Assembly (NCBI GenBank): GCA_905214325.1 | Contig: CAJMLT010000003.1 | Location: 382-64,381, forward strand | Direction: 5' to 3' | Length of the DNA: 64,000 nt | DNA from: an uncultured bacterium | Lineage (GTDB): Bacteria > Actinomycetota > Coriobacteriia > Coriobacteriales > Eggerthellaceae | Shown here: one piece after another, positions 37,145-48,120 of the stretch | How the letters are laid out: each line of letters starts with the position of its first letter | Position numbering within the stretch: position 1 is the stretch's first letter | Program-made: the position numbers and the translations under genes | The notes under the pieces: model-generated | Seen by the model: only the letters and a program-made list of their open reading frames with translations | Told to the model about the DNA's origin: nothing | Databases searched by the model: none

Positions 37145-39970
37145 TTACAGAATACGCCTGAGAAAGCGTCCCGTGTGACTCTCTTTCACACGTGCGATCT
37201 CCTCCGGGGTTCCTTCGGCAACGATCGTACCACCGCGGCTTCCCCCTTCGGGACCCAGATCGATGATATAGTCGGCGGCCTTGATGATGTCGAGGTTATG
37301 TTCGATGACCAACACGGTATTGCCCGAATCGACGAGGCGCTGCAGCACCTCGAGCAATTGACGGACATCATCGAAATGAAGACCCGTCGTTGGTTCATCG
37401 AGAATATAGAAGGTTCTCCCCGTTTGGCGCCGTTGCAGTTCGCTGGCCAGCTTGACCCGCTGCGCTTCGCCACCCGAAAGAGTGGTCGCGGGCTGACCGA
37501 GACGGATGTATCCCAATCCAACATCATGGAGGGTTTCGAGCTTGCGCTTCAACGAGGGGATCTTGGAGAAAAAGTCGAGACCTTCGTCGACGGTCATGTT
37601 CAGGATATCGTAGACGTTCTTGCCTCGATACGTGACCTGAAGGGTCTCGCGATTGTAACGCTTGCCCTCACAGACTTCGCAATCGACGTACACGTCGGGG
37701 AGAAAATGCATCTCTATCTTCTTCTGCCCATCGCCTTTACAGGCTTCGCAGCGTCCACCGGCCACATTGAAGGAAAATCGCCCGGGTGCATACCCCCGTG
37801 CCTTGCTTTCGGGAGTCGAAGCGAAAAGAGCACGTATGTCATCCCATAGGCCGATATAGGTAGCGGGGTTGGATCGCGGGGTACGTCCAATGGGGCTCTG
37901 ATCGATGTTGATGACCTTGTCGATCAGTTCGGTGCCCATGAGTTTCTTGTACGCTCCGGCCTTACGATGGGCATGGTTGACGCGATTGGCGAGTGCGGGT
38001 GCCAAGGTGTCGGTGATCAGCGAACTTTTCCCCGAACCGGAAACCCCCGTGATGAGCGTCAGGGTACCCAATGGAATGCTGGCATCGATCCCCCGAAGGT
38101 TATTCTCGCTCGCGCCTTTGATTTTGATTGAACCCCGTGCCGGTTTGCGCCGCTGTTCGGGATAGGGAATGGTCTTTCTGCCGCTCAGATACTGGGCGGT
38201 CAAAGACTCTTCGACCTCCATGATTTCGTCGGGCGTCCCCGCCGCGACGACGAAGCCTCCGTGTTCTCCGGCACCCGGCCCCATATCGATCACGTAATCG
38301 GCACTTCGGATGGTATCCTCGTCATGTTCCACGACAACGACGCTGTTACCGAGATCCCTCAGATGTTCCAGAGTACCTATCAGGCGTTCGTTGTCCCTTT
38401 GATGAAGACCGATCGAAGGCTCATCGAGAATATAGAGAACCCCCATCAAACCCGCACCTATCTGCGTGGCGAGACGGATGCGCTGCGCCTCGCCACCCGA
38501 GAGGGTAGCGGTGGCACGCTCGAGGGTGAGATAATCGAGCCCGACATCGACGAGAAATTGCAATCGAGCGCAGATTTCCTTGACGATAGGACCCGCAATC
38601 TGGTTTTGAACGTCGGAAAACGACAGAGACTGGAAAAAACGCAACGAATCCTGTGCGCTCATCTCGCAGACTTCGTGAATATTCTTTTCGGCTATCGTGA
38701 CGGCGAGGATCAAGGGATTGAGGCGTTTGCCACCACACGTCGCACACGCGACGATGGAGAAGAACTGCTCGTAGCGTTGACGCTGCTTGTCGGAAGACGC
38801 TTCCTTGTAGCGATGCATGACCGCGGCACAGATGCCCTCCCAATCGATATACCAGTAGGTTTCCCGTCCATCGACGGTTACGTAATCAACGCGAATCTTC
38901 TCCCCAGGCGCTCCGTAGAGCATGGCTTTCTGCACCTTGTTGGGGATATCCTCCCAAGGGGTATCGGGGTCGACTCCGTAATGCAGCAACACGGCGCGCA
39001 TGACCTGGGGATAATAATTGCCAGTCCGAAAGGGAGCGACGGCACCTTCGGCAAGGGAAAGAGAGCGATCGGGAATTACGAGACTCGGATCGATCTCCTC
39101 ACGGCTACCGATTCCCAAACAGTCGGGGCAGGCACCATAGGGTGCGTTGAAGGAAAAATCACGCGGCTGGAGTTCGTTCATCGAGTACCCGTGTTCGGGG
39201 CAGGCCAGAGCAAGCGAGAACACCCGTTCCCGCTCTTCACCGGTGCCATCAATGAACTGCACCAGCACCCTTGAGTCGGTAAGTTTGATCGCCAGCTCGA
39301 CCGCTTCGGCGATACGACTCGAAGATTCCGCTTTGATATTCACGCGATCGACCACGACGTCGATGGTGTGCTTATAACGCTTATCGAGCTTGACCTGCTC
39401 ACCGGTGAGCTTGGTGATTTCACCATCGATACGCACACGCGCGAATCCTTCTTTGGTGAGATCGGCGAAAAGTTTCGTGAACTCCCCTTTGCGCCCCACG
39501 ACCACCGGGGCCATGATCAAGGCCTTCGTGCCATCGCCGAAAGCGAGAATCTCATCAACCACCTGATCGGTGGTCTGCGCCTTGATCTCCCGTCCGCATT
39601 CGGGGCAGTGGGGCACACCGACGCGAGCGAAAAGAAGACGCAGATAGTCATATATCTCCGTTACCGTGCCCACCGTCGAGCGGGGATTTTTGCTGGTCGT
39701 TTTCTGATCGATGGAAACCGCCGGAGACAATCCATCGATGGAGTCGAGATCCGGTTTACTCATCTGTCCCAAGAACTGACGGGCATAGCTGGAGAGGCTT
39801 TCGACATAGCGACGCTGTCCTTCGGCGTAGACGGTGTCGAAGGCGAGAGAACTCTTCCCCGAACCGGAAAGCCCCGTGATAACCACCAATCGATCACGGG
39901 GAATATCAATATCGATGTTCTTGAGGTTATGCTCTCGGGCTCCCCTGATTGCAATCTCTGTCTGCGCCAT
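37145..39970 (-). CDS. uvrA: excinuclease ABC subunit A
   Basis: Two ABC modules ([23 protein letters not shown]), zinc-finger Cys pairs, LSGGEAQR x2. The start is set at ATG 39970 ([19 protein letters not shown]). Confidence 0.97.
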   Translation of the reverse strand: MAQTEIAIRGAREHNLKNIDIDIPRDRLVVITGLSGSGKSSLAFDTVYAEGQRRYVESLSSYARQFLGQMSKPDLDSIDGLSPAVSIDQKTTSKNPRSTVGTVTEIYDYLRLLFARVGVPHCPECGREIKAQTTDQVVDEILAFGDGTKALIMAPVVVGRKGEFTKLFADLTKEGFARVRIDGEITKLTGEQVKLDKRYKHTIDVVVDRVNIKAESSSRIAEAVELAIKLTDSRVLVQFIDGTGEERERVFSLALACPEHGYSMNELQPRDFSFNAPYGACPDCLGIGSREEIDPSLVIPDRSLSLAEGAVAPFRTGNYYPQVMRAVLLHYGVDPDTPWEDIPNKVQKAMLYGAPGEKIRVDYVTVDGRETYWYIDWEGICAAVMHRYKEASSDKQRQRYEQFFSIVACATCGGKRLNPLILAVTIAEKNIHEVCEMSAQDSLRFFQSLSFSDVQNQIAGPIVKEICARLQFLVDVGLDYLTLERATATLSGGEAQRIRLATQIGAGLMGVLYILDEPSIGLHQRDNERLIGTLEHLRDLGNSVVVVEHDEDTIRSADYVIDMGPGAGEHGGFVVAAGTPDEIMEVEESLTAQYLSGRKTIPYPEQRRKPARGSIKIKGASENNLRGIDASIPLGTLTLITGVSGSGKSSLITDTLAPALANRVNHAHRKAGAYKKLMGTELIDKVINIDQSPIGRTPRSNPATYIGLWDDIRALFASTPESKARGYAPGRFSFNVAGGRCEACKGDGQKKIEMHFLPDVYVDCEVCEGKRYNRETLQVTYRGKNVYDILNMTVDEGLDFFSKIPSLKRKLETLHDVGLGYIRLGQPATTLSGGEAQRVKLASELQRRQTGRTFYILDEPTTGLHFDDVRQLLEVLQRLVDSGNTVLVIEHNLDIIKAADYIIDLGPEGGSRGGTIVAEGTPEEIARVKESHTGRFLRRIL

Positions 39971-40108
39971 ACCATTCCCATCCGTTGAGACATCCGAAAA
40001 TTCGCGACTTCTCATGATAATCCAGAAAAAGCCAGCTGGGAGAAATCTCCAAGACACCAACAATCATCGAGTGCGCTCACGCATGAGACAAGCCGGAGCA
40101 CCGGTCGA

Positions 40109-41068
40109 TCAGGCGCGAGGATGGGCGTGCTTATGGGCTTGCTTGAGGTGTTCGGGGGTCAGATGGGTGTATATCTGCGTCGTGGAAAGGCTCGCATGCC
40201 CCAACATCTCCTGCACCGAACGAAGATCGGCTCCCCCGGCAAGCAAGTCAGTGGCGAACGTGTGACGCAACACGTGAGGCGAGAGCGTCTCATCCATCCC
40301 GGCACGGCGAAGAGCCTCTTTGAAAACAAGACGTATCGCCTGCGTGGTCATCATGTTGCCTCGCGTCGAAACGAATACGTAGGGCACCGCGTTTCCGCGG
40401 GACAGATCCGGTCTCCCCTTTTCAAGATACAGACGCAGCGAATCGATCCCCAAAGCATGCATCGGCACGAGTCTCTCCTTGCTCCCCTTGCCGAAAACCT
40501 TCACCAAACCCCGATCGAGATCGACATCGGATAGGGTCAGCCGAGAAGCTTCGGACACACGGGTGCCACAAGCATAGAGGAATTCGAGGAGGGCCTGGTT
40601 GCGATAGTCGAGCGCACGAGGCGGGGTCGGAGATTCGGGATCCACGAAAACCGACAGAAGGGCCTTCATATCCTTTTCCGTCACCACGCGAGGCAGAGAG
40701 TGAGACTGCTTGGGGCCCTGAAGAACCACGGTCGGATTCACTTCGATATGGCGAACCACGACAAGCCATTGGTAAAAGCTCTTTATCGAACTCAGATGAC
40801 GGTTTACCGTACGACGGGAGTACCGAGCGCGATCGAGATCCGCAAGATAGAGACGCAGCTGCTGATGCTTGAGAGCAAGCAACGCGATACGATTGCGCCC
40901 GCACCAACGGGAGAATGCCCGAAGATCGCTTCGATAGGCACGTACGGTGTGGTCGGAAGCATTACGTTCGACGATGAGTGCGTTACAGAATTCCTCGATC
41001 AGAAGCGCATCTTCAGGCGAAATGAAAGCATCCGAGGATTCCGAAGCCCCCTCTCCCGAGAGCATCAT
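40109..41068 (-). CDS. xerC: site-specific tyrosine recombinase XerC/XerD family (chromosome dimer resolution)
   Basis: N-terminal SAM-like core-binding domain ([31 protein letters not shown]) and the catalytic block [27 protein letters not shown]...TQIYTH. Its position right after trmFO mirrors the Bacillus trmFO-codV arrangement. C versus D is not resolvable by eye. Confidence 0.8.
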   Translation of the reverse strand: MMLSGEGASESSDAFISPEDALLIEEFCNALIVERNASDHTVRAYRSDLRAFSRWCGRNRIALLALKHQQLRLYLADLDRARYSRRTVNRHLSSIKSFYQWLVVVRHIEVNPTVVLQGPKQSHSLPRVVTEKDMKALLSVFVDPESPTPPRALDYRNQALLEFLYACGTRVSEASRLTLSDVDLDRGLVKVFGKGSKERLVPMHALGIDSLRLYLEKGRPDLSRGNAVPYVFVSTRGNMMTTQAIRLVFKEALRRAGMDETLSPHVLRHTFATDLLAGGADLRSVQEMLGHASLSTTQIYTHLTPEHLKQAHKHAHPRA

Positions 41069-42480
41069 CGCTCGTCCCCCAACAAACCCACCTGTCGCAA
41101 TCGGTCGGCATAGGCATCGATAGCCGACTTTCCCCGTAGAGCGTAGGCGGCATAGCGCTCCCGTTTGTTACGAATTCTCGACTCCAAAGGTTCCATGATG
41201 CCGAAATTCACATGCATGGGCTGATAATCCTGAGTCTGAGATGAAGTAGCGTAAGACAGAAGCGCCCCGAAAGCGGATTGGGATGGAAGTGGTTCGAAGG
41301 GTAGATCACAAAGATGAGCCACGATACCCAAACAGGCCACGACTCCACTTGCGATGGCTTCACAATATCCTTCGGTACCTCCCAGCTGACCGGCAACGAA
41401 CAAAGGAGGGACGGGTTGAGAGAGCGGCGCCTTCAAACGGAGAGATTCGTCGAGAAGATGCGGTGCGTCAAGGAAGGTGTTGCGGTGCATCACCCCATAA
41501 CGGGCAAATTCGGCTTCGGCGAGACCGGGAATCAGACGGAACACCCGCTTCTGCTCCGGAAACGTCAGGTTGGTCTGAAAACCGACGAGATTATAGCTTT
41601 GCCGATGGGCATCTTCGGCACGAAGCTGCACCACCGCCCAAGGACGATGACCGGTGGAGGGGTCACGTAAGCCGACGGGCTTGAGTGGGCCGAAACGCGG
41701 GGCATCGAAACCCTTGCGGGCGATTTCCTCTATAGGCTGGCACGCTTGGAACAGATCACGCGTTTCGAATTCTTTCTTTATCACGCATTCCGCTCGAATC
41801 AATTCGTCGATGAAGTGCTCATAGGCATCCTTATCGAAGGGAGCATTGAGATAGTCTCCTGGCTGATCATCCTCATAGCGACTCTGCCTGAACACCGTAT
41901 CCCGATCAAGTGAATCCGCGAATACGATGGGTGCGGCGGCGTCATAGAAAGAAAGGTATTCGCATCCCGTGATCCTCTGAAGCGATGACGCCAGATCGTC
42001 GGAGGTGAGAGGCCCCGAAGCCACCAGGATGGCATCGGCCTTATCGCCGAGAGGATGGCTTTCGTCTTGCCCTTCCCCTCTGATTTCCAAAAACCCCTCG
42101 ACGGTAATACCCGTCACCTCGGCACGAACACAGGTGATGTTGTTCTGCGCGAGGATGGCTTCGGTCACCGCCCGGGAAAAAGCCTTCCTGTCAACGGCAA
42201 GAGCGCCCCCGGCGGGAACACGATGGCGATAGGCCAGCTCCAGAAGAAAGGATCCCAGGGATTCAAGTTCATACTTCAACATGCCGGCAGCACTATCGGA
42301 CTTGGTCGACTTGAGCGAATTAGAACAAACCAATTCGGCGAAATCATCCCCCTGATGAACCCCCGTGGTAGCGAAGGGTCGCATTTCGAAAAGACGTACC
42401 GAATACCCCCGATGAGCCAACTGGAGTGCCGCTTCGCTTCCGGCGAGTCCTCCACCTATTATGTCTATCTTTTTCATCAT
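41065..42480 (-). CDS. trmFO: methylenetetrahydrofolate--tRNA-(uracil54-C5)-methyltransferase
   Basis: Motifs IIGGGLAGSEAA and AELVCSNSLKS, Gid/TrmFO family. The start is set at ATG 42480. There is a 4-nt overlap with xerC. Confidence 0.92.
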   Translation of the reverse strand: MMKKIDIIGGGLAGSEAALQLAHRGYSVRLFEMRPFATTGVHQGDDFAELVCSNSLKSTKSDSAAGMLKYELESLGSFLLELAYRHRVPAGGALAVDRKAFSRAVTEAILAQNNITCVRAEVTGITVEGFLEIRGEGQDESHPLGDKADAILVASGPLTSDDLASSLQRITGCEYLSFYDAAAPIVFADSLDRDTVFRQSRYEDDQPGDYLNAPFDKDAYEHFIDELIRAECVIKKEFETRDLFQACQPIEEIARKGFDAPRFGPLKPVGLRDPSTGHRPWAVVQLRAEDAHRQSYNLVGFQTNLTFPEQKRVFRLIPGLAEAEFARYGVMHRNTFLDAPHLLDESLRLKAPLSQPVPPLFVAGQLGGTEGYCEAIASGVVACLGIVAHLCDLPFEPLPSQSAFGALLSYATSSQTQDYQPMHVNFGIMEPLESRIRNKRERYAAYALRGKSAIDAYADRLRQVGLLGDER

Positions 42481-42493
42481 GACATCCAGATTA

Positions 42494-43456
42494 CTATATC
42501 CGCGCCGGACCGTAACGCCCATCGGGAAACCTCGCAATCAAACCATCCCGCTCAAGTTCCGCTATTCGCACCATTAACCAAGTGAGTTTATCCGAATAAG
42601 CATCGTCAACCTCCAAATCGAGAGCGATCATATCATCCAAGCGAAGAGGGTCGGCGTTGAGCGCGTTCAGAAGAGGGTCAGAGACGTCTGTCTTTCCATT
42701 ACCCATGTGTTGTGCCCTCAAGCATCCGAACAAAGCGTTTAAGACGTCTTCGAACGTTTCCTCATCCACTATCGGAACCGCTCCTTGGTAGATGAGACGA
42801 TTGGCACCACGGGAAGTGGGAGAGGTGATGGCCCCGGGGACAACCAGCACTTCCTTATTCGCCTCAAGCGCATCGTCGGCCGTAGAGAAGGTCCCCGAGG
42901 GAAGACCCGCTTCAACGATCAGGGTCGCCTTACTCATGCCGGCAATGATGCGGTTGCGCGCACGAAAGGTATAGGGCAAGGGTGGGAAGTTCCAGTGCCT
43001 TTCGGAAATCACCGCTCCCCCTTTGTCGATTATCTCCTGAAAAAGCGCCCTGTTCTCCTCGGGATACAAACGATCACAACCGCCACCCAGAACAGCGACG
43101 GTCTTTCCTTCGGACCCAAGTGCCGCCCTGTGAGCCGCGCTATCACACCCACGCGCTCCTCCGGATACGATGGTAACCCCTCTTGCGGCGGCAAGGGAGG
43201 AAAACGTCTTCGCGGCCGCAAGGCCATAGGGTGTTGCCTTGCGGGCACCTATCACAGCCAAGCCTTCCTGAAGCGCATCGACATCCCCAACGACATAAAG
43301 TTCATCCGGTGGTTTCGGGATAGACATAAGAGCATCGGGATAACCACACGTCCCTCTGGAAAGTACCGTTCTCTTTCCCTTGAGAGGCAGGGATTCTATC
43401 TCGGAATAACGTTGACGGTGAAGTCGATTCGCCTCATGAACAGACAGTTCTCTCAT
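42494..43456 (-). CDS. dprA: DNA-processing protein DprA (Smf)
   Basis: Motifs VIGARKATPYG...IVSGGARGCDSAAHRAAL. ATG 43456 overlaps the comM stop as ATGA, with GGAGAGAGG upstream. Confidence 0.88.
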   Translation of the reverse strand: MRELSVHEANRLHRQRYSEIESLPLKGKRTVLSRGTCGYPDALMSIPKPPDELYVVGDVDALQEGLAVIGARKATPYGLAAAKTFSSLAAARGVTIVSGGARGCDSAAHRAALGSEGKTVAVLGGGCDRLYPEENRALFQEIIDKGGAVISERHWNFPPLPYTFRARNRIIAGMSKATLIVEAGLPSGTFSTADDALEANKEVLVVPGAITSPTSRGANRLIYQGAVPIVDEETFEDVLNALFGCLRAQHMGNGKTDVSDPLLNALNADPLRLDDMIALDLEVDDAYSDKLTWLMVRIAELERDGLIARFPDGRYGPARI

Positions 43457-44949
43457 GCCTCTCTCCCCTCTTTGAAACGAAGCGCACAAGCTTGAGCGAC
43501 ATGCTCCTTCTCAACGGTTGATGATCTTTCCAAATCGGCAATGGTACGAGAAAGAAGGAGGACCTTACGAAGCGAACGAACACTCATGCGATAGGTATTA
43601 CTCATCGTATGTAGAAAATCACCTGCGGAATCCCGCAGAGCGCAACCCTCCAACAGTTCCTTGAAATTGCCTTTCGCATACGCATTCCCTCCCCCTGTCC
43701 GATGAAGAGCGAAACGCTTTGCCTCAACGACTTCGTCCCTCATTTCCGCAGAAGACCGTCCGCTCGTCGAAGAGGTAAGAGTCGCATAATCACTGCGCCA
43801 AACATCTATACGAATATCTATTCTGTCCAACAGGGGCCCACCTATTTTGCCTTGATACAGACGAATCTGCGACTCACTGCATCGACATTCTTTTTCCGGA
43901 TCACCGAAGTAGCCACATGGGCAAGGATTCATAGCTGCAAGAAGCAGAAAACGGGAGGGAAACTCATACAGTCCTTCCGCCCGGGTAAGACGCACGACTC
44001 CCTCTTCGAGAGGTTGACGCAACGCTTGCAGTACGCCTGACCTGAATTCGGGCAACTCATCAAGGAAAAGAACTCCTCTATGGGCCAAAGATATCTCCCC
44101 CGGCCTCACCGGGGAACCACCTCCGATAAGACCCGCACTCGTCGCACTGTGATGCGGCGCGCAATAAGGTCGCACCCCGGCCAAAACCGACGACATATCC
44201 TCGCCCAGAACCGAACGTATCAAAGCGGCCTCTATGATCTCCGATTCATCGAGCGGAGGCAGAATGCTGGGAAAACAACGCGCAAGCATCGTTTTCCCCG
44301 ATCCCGGTGGTCCGACCATGAGAACCCCATGCTCCCCCACCGCGGCAATCTGTAGTGCTCTTTTCGCCATTTCATGACCACCGACCTCAGAAAAATCGGA
44401 CGGTACGGTAACCGTTTCCGAAGACAATGCGGGCATGAGAGGTAAATCCTTCAAACGAATCCGGGAAAGACGATCGATCGCATAACAGTTCACCCCCGAA
44501 ACCGACACAGCCCCCTTATCGCAACGACCGGTAATAAGAGAACAGTTGAGCTTTTTGGCACATTGCTCATAAGCAAGTAAACCGTTAACGGCACTCACCT
44601 GTCCCTCAAGCGAAAGCTCACCCGTCACGAGAGATCCAGCGATGATCCGATGATCGATTTGATTGGTGGCAACAAGAAGACCCAAGGCGATAGGGAGATC
44701 GAATCCCGTTCCACTTTTCTTCAAAGACGCAGGAGCGAGATTGACGACGATTTTGTCCGAAGGCATAACGAAACCACATGCTCGAATGGCGGCACGCACA
44801 CGTTCCCGCGATTCCTGAATGGCCGCATCGGGCATACCGACGATGGAAAACGACGGGATGCCGTTTGATATGACAACCTCAACGGAGACGGGAACCGCTT
44901 CCACGCCACGGAGAGTAGCACCTTGTACGACACATGAAAAATAGGCCAT
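43453..44949 (-). CDS. comM: YifB/ComM family Mg-chelatase-like AAA+ ATPase
   Basis: N-terminal Lon-protease-like domain (GVEAVPVSVEVVISNGIPSFSIVGMPD), Walker A GPPGSGKT, and a C-terminal Mg-chelatase-like domain. Confidence 0.9.
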   Translation of the reverse strand: MAYFSCVVQGATLRGVEAVPVSVEVVISNGIPSFSIVGMPDAAIQESRERVRAAIRACGFVMPSDKIVVNLAPASLKKSGTGFDLPIALGLLVATNQIDHRIIAGSLVTGELSLEGQVSAVNGLLAYEQCAKKLNCSLITGRCDKGAVSVSGVNCYAIDRLSRIRLKDLPLMPALSSETVTVPSDFSEVGGHEMAKRALQIAAVGEHGVLMVGPPGSGKTMLARCFPSILPPLDESEIIEAALIRSVLGEDMSSVLAGVRPYCAPHHSATSAGLIGGGSPVRPGEISLAHRGVLFLDELPEFRSGVLQALRQPLEEGVVRLTRAEGLYEFPSRFLLLAAMNPCPCGYFGDPEKECRCSESQIRLYQGKIGGPLLDRIDIRIDVWRSDYATLTSSTSGRSSAEMRDEVVEAKRFALHRTGGGNAYAKGNFKELLEGCALRDSAGDFLHTMSNTYRMSVRSLRKVLLLSRTIADLERSSTVEKEHVAQACALRFKEGREA

Positions 44950-44958
44950 AGGAGAAAC

Positions 44959-45435
44959 CTAGCAGATACCGAAAGCATCGGTGTGCATACGTAAAAAAGC
45001 CCTGGTGTCCGACAAGACCAAAATGGAAATCACATCAAAACGCACGCGTACATCGACGAAATCAGCATGCTGCTGCAAATAACAAGCGGCGATCTTTTCG
45101 TAGCGGGCACGTTTCTTATCGTTTACCGCTTCTGCCGGAAACCCCTTTTCAAGGCCACGGCGGGTTTTCACCTCAACGAAGCAAAGAATATCGTCGCAAC
45201 GAGCGATGATATCCGCTTCACCGGCGAAACAAACCCAGTTCCTCTCGAGGATCCGATAACCTTTCCTTTCGAGAAAAAGCTGCGCGGCATGTTCACCTTT
45301 TTGCCCCAGCTCCCGATTGGAGAGAGCTGGGGCGGTGGTTGCTCGACTTCTCTGAGATCCTTTCTTCAACGATACCTCATTACGGACCTCATTAGAATTT
45401 ATGTTTTGTTTTTCAGGGTCATACAAGTCAAGCAT
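44959..45435 (-). CDS. yraN: YraN-family (UPF0102) endonuclease
   Basis: GEHAAQLFLERKGYRILERNW...GEADIIA...CFVEVKTR is the YraN signature. The start is set at ATG 45435 with GGAAGGAG 5 nt upstream. Confidence 0.85.
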   Translation of the reverse strand: MLDLYDPEKQNINSNEVRNEVSLKKGSQRSRATTAPALSNRELGQKGEHAAQLFLERKGYRILERNWVCFAGEADIIARCDDILCFVEVKTRRGLEKGFPAEAVNDKKRARYEKIAACYLQQHADFVDVRVRFDVISILVLSDTRAFLRMHTDAFGIC

Positions 45436-45636
45436 TTGATCTCCTTCCACAAGAAAGAAGATACGCATCAGATCTTGAATTACTTTGAAAAAAATTGGAA
45501 ATTTATTTGAAATAAAATCGGTTTGACCTGCAAAGATAACCGCCAATGACAGAAAAAGGGAGATCAGTCCCGAAAAACATGCATCCGAAACGATGGAAAC
45601 ATCGAAACCGAAAGACAGGTATGTGATGCGTAGACC

Positions 45637-46428
45637 CTAGAGAAAGAGTGTTTCCTGAAGAAAGTTTTGGCAGAAGGAAACACGATGAATGGGAGTCAAG
45701 CCCTTCTGTTCTATAGCCTGACGATGGCGTTCGCTGCCATATCCCTTCGAAGAGGCAAAATCATAGCCGGGGTATTGATGGTCGTAAGCAACCATCAGCT
45801 GATCGCGGGTGACTTTCGCGATCAACGATGCTGCCGCAATGGAGGCGCAACGGGCATCCCCCTTCACAACGCTGATTTCCCTCGTATCGAAATGAAGAGG
45901 GTTTCCGTCGAGCAGGATAACCTCGGGAACAATTCCCTGACCCTCTATGTCCGACACAGCCTGAGAAAAAGCCCGTTTGAGACAGGCGGTCATGCCCAGC
46001 TCATCGATCATCGCCGGTTCGATATGGACAACAGACCAAGCGATAGCCTCTTCTTTGATTTCTTCAGCCAAATCCGGACGACGGGCAGCCGCCACCTGTT
46101 TGGAGTCATTGAGAAGCGGAATATGACGTGCGTGAAAGGGAAAGACCACACCCGCAACCGTAAGAGGTCCGGCCAAGGGCCCACGTCCGACCTCGTCAAG
46201 TCCGACGGCGATACGATCCCGCGTCAATTCGCTTTCGAAGGAGTACAGCCCGTCGAGACGACGCTGCTCTTCGGCTTGAGCTGCAAGACGTTTTTTCGTC
46301 GCGGCAAGCGCAGCCTGAACCCCCTTGCGCGTATCGGCGCACAGAGAGCGTTCCAGAACCTGAAACTCCTCTTGCGTCACTTCCTTCAAGCGGGATCGTA
46401 TGTCGGAGACGGTTTGCAGAAGAACCAC
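45637..46428 (-). CDS. rnhB: ribonuclease HII
   Basis: Motifs GLDEVGRGPLAGPLTVAGV and DSK, with a long N-terminal extension as in actinobacterial RnhB. Confidence 0.92.
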   Translation of the reverse strand: MVLLQTVSDIRSRLKEVTQEEFQVLERSLCADTRKGVQAALAATKKRLAAQAEEQRRLDGLYSFESELTRDRIAVGLDEVGRGPLAGPLTVAGVVFPFHARHIPLLNDSKQVAAARRPDLAEEIKEEAIAWSVVHIEPAMIDELGMTACLKRAFSQAVSDIEGQGIVPEVILLDGNPLHFDTREISVVKGDARCASIAAASLIAKVTRDQLMVAYDHQYPGYDFASSKGYGSERHRQAIEQKGLTPIHRVSFCQNFLQETLFL

Positions 46429-46491
46429 CTAAAAACGATAAAGGCACGATACACAAAGGTATCGTGCCTTACTTTTCGTAACGGGAAAAAA

Positions 46492-46836
46492 CTAGAATGC
46501 CTTTTCCTTGATTTTCGCAGCTTTACCAACCTTGTCACGAAGGTAGTAGAGCTTCGCACGATTGACATCGCCATGACGGACGACTTCGATCTTTTCGATC
46601 TTGGGAGAATGAACGGGGAACGTACGCTCGACACCGATGGAGAAGCTGATCTTACGGACGGTGAACGTCTCGCGATTGGATGCCCCATGACGACGAATGA
46701 CATCACCCTGGAAAACCTGAACACGCTCACGGTTTCCCTCTTTGATGCGATAGTGAACCTTCACGTTGTCGCCGACGTTAAAATCAGCAACTTCGGGATT
46801 GACTTGCTGTTGTTCGATTGCGCGGATGATATCCAT
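46492..46836 (-). CDS. rplS: 50S ribosomal protein L19
   Basis: 114 aa. The sequence [29 protein letters not shown]... is a classic L19. Confidence 0.97.
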   Translation of the reverse strand: MDIIRAIEQQQVNPEVADFNVGDNVKVHYRIKEGNRERVQVFQGDVIRRHGASNRETFTVRKISFSIGVERTFPVHSPKIEKIEVVRHGDVNRAKLYYLRDKVGKAAKIKEKAF

Positions 46837-46902
46837 TTTCTGTTCCTTCTATAAACTCAATACTTCGATTGTGATCATAAGATGTCAAAGACACGGCTAG
46901 TT

Positions 46903-46931
46903 ATTATACGTTGGCTCGAGATATGACGCAA
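46903..46931 (-). promoter_or_regulatory. sigma-70-type promoter for rplS: TTGCGT-17 nt-TATAAT
   Basis: On the minus strand, -35 TTGCGT is at 46931..46926 and -10 TATAAT at 46908..46903, with an exactly 17-nt spacer. It lies about 67 nt upstream of the rplS ATG. Confidence 0.5.
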
Positions 46932-47006
46932 GGACTAAATTCGTTTTGTCCATATATTTCATACGGGCATCCGGCCGAGCGTGAAATTCCCCGCCGGCCT
47001 CCCGCC

Positions 47007-47339
47007 TCATATAAGCAACAAAACACCGTAAGCACCTACACCGACAACGATGCAACCCATGAGTGATTTCGTTTTGATGGCCACGGGAACGACGATCAGC
47101 GCGGCGACGAGCGGCAAGGCCCCCGGCCAAACCCCTCCCTCGAACATGGTCGGCGAAAGAAGATCGTTGGCTATGAGAGCGGCGAATGCAGCGGGCGGAA
47201 TGAACGTCAAGGCGTTGGAAAGCCAGCCCGGCAATTCCTTGCCCCGCAACAAAAACAACGGTGCACTACGACAGATGAAGATCGTCACGGCGCACCCCAA
47301 GGCGATGACCAGGAAATCATTCCAGGATATCGGTTCCAC
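47007..47339 (-). CDS. azlD: branched-chain amino acid transport protein AzlD
   Basis: Small hydrophobic protein that follows and overlaps azlC. The start is set at GTG 47339 with GAGGAGG 7 nt upstream. Confidence 0.8.
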   Translation of the reverse strand: MEPISWNDFLVIALGCAVTIFICRSAPLFLLRGKELPGWLSNALTFIPPAAFAALIANDLLSPTMFEGGVWPGALPLVAALIVVPVAIKTKSLMGCIVVGVGAYGVLLLI

Positions 47340-48018
47340 GACGACACCTCCTCGATACCACAATCCCCGCAAGCACCCCGAGAAGAGCTCCGATCAGAAT
47401 AGCCGGACCGCTGAGACCGACGAGCTTACAGAGAAACACGCCCACAACCGCAACGAGAGCCGCGGCGATATTGCCCGCCGTCGGACTCTGAGAGAAAAGA
47501 AGACAGAGGAAGATACTCGTCATAGCGAATGAAGCAAGAGCGGTCGGAACCGTTAAGAGATTACCCAGGACGACTCCGACGACATTGGCGAGCGCCCAGC
47601 ATGATTGAGAAAAAAGGTTAACGAGTGTGGCCCCTTTGACACTCCAGTTCCCCAATTCGAATTTGGCAAGGTTGACCGCAAACGATTCATCGGTCACCGT
47701 GGCTCCGAATAGAAAAGCCAGACCTTTCTTCGAATCGGCGCAGAAACGCGACAGTGAGGCTCCATAGAGAATCTGACGGGAATTGACCAGCGTCACACTG
47801 GCTATGATCGCCGAAATGGGCGATCCGGCAAGCCACATATTCGAAATCATATACTGACCGGCACCCGAGTAGAAAAGAGCACTGAGAAGAAAAACCTGAA
47901 GGGCATCGAGCCCGACCTGTTGGGCGAGAATGCCGCAGGGGATTCCCAGAAAAATATAGCCCACCATAATAGGCGCAGCGCAAACAAAAGCTTCTTTGAT
48001 CGTGGAAGTATTAGCCAT
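47317..48018 (-). CDS. azlC: AzlC-family branched-chain amino acid permease/exporter subunit
   Basis: 233-aa polytopic membrane protein. Motifs GIPCGILAQQVGL...FYSGAGQYM are typical of AzlC. Confidence 0.87.
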   Translation of the reverse strand: MANTSTIKEAFVCAAPIMVGYIFLGIPCGILAQQVGLDALQVFLLSALFYSGAGQYMISNMWLAGSPISAIIASVTLVNSRQILYGASLSRFCADSKKGLAFLFGATVTDESFAVNLAKFELGNWSVKGATLVNLFSQSCWALANVVGVVLGNLLTVPTALASFAMTSIFLCLLFSQSPTAGNIAAALVAVVGVFLCKLVGLSGPAILIGALLGVLAGIVVSRRCRRGTDILE

Positions 48019-48027
48019 AGCCGAGAA

Positions 48028-48056
48028 AGTATACCGCGCTCAAAGCGCCTTGATAA
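48028..48056 (-). promoter_or_regulatory. promoter candidate for azlCD: TTATCA-17 nt-TATACT, only 9 nt from the ATG
   Basis: On the minus strand, -35 is at 48056..48051 and -10 at 48033..48028. The azlC ATG is at 48018 and no Shine-Dalgarno is visible. Confidence 0.4.
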
Positions 48057-48120
48057 CCCCGCAAATACAAAAACTCGGCTCGAGGCGAATCCTCACCAAA
48101 CGGAATTCTCCGATTGGATG

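Noticed and set aside
40109-41068. Tyrosine recombinase as a possible phage or ICE integrase marking a mobile element
   Set aside because: It has the XerC/XerD-type N-terminal domain and catalytic block. It overlaps trmFO by 4 nt in a housekeeping operon. I see no flanking att-like repeats, tRNA target or cargo genes, and the composition matches the host.
42494-45435. dprA-comM-yraN cluster as a competence or defence island
   Set aside because: The rnhB-yraN-yifB/comM-dprA order is a widely conserved housekeeping arrangement. No com pilus or channel genes, restriction genes or other defence genes are nearby.
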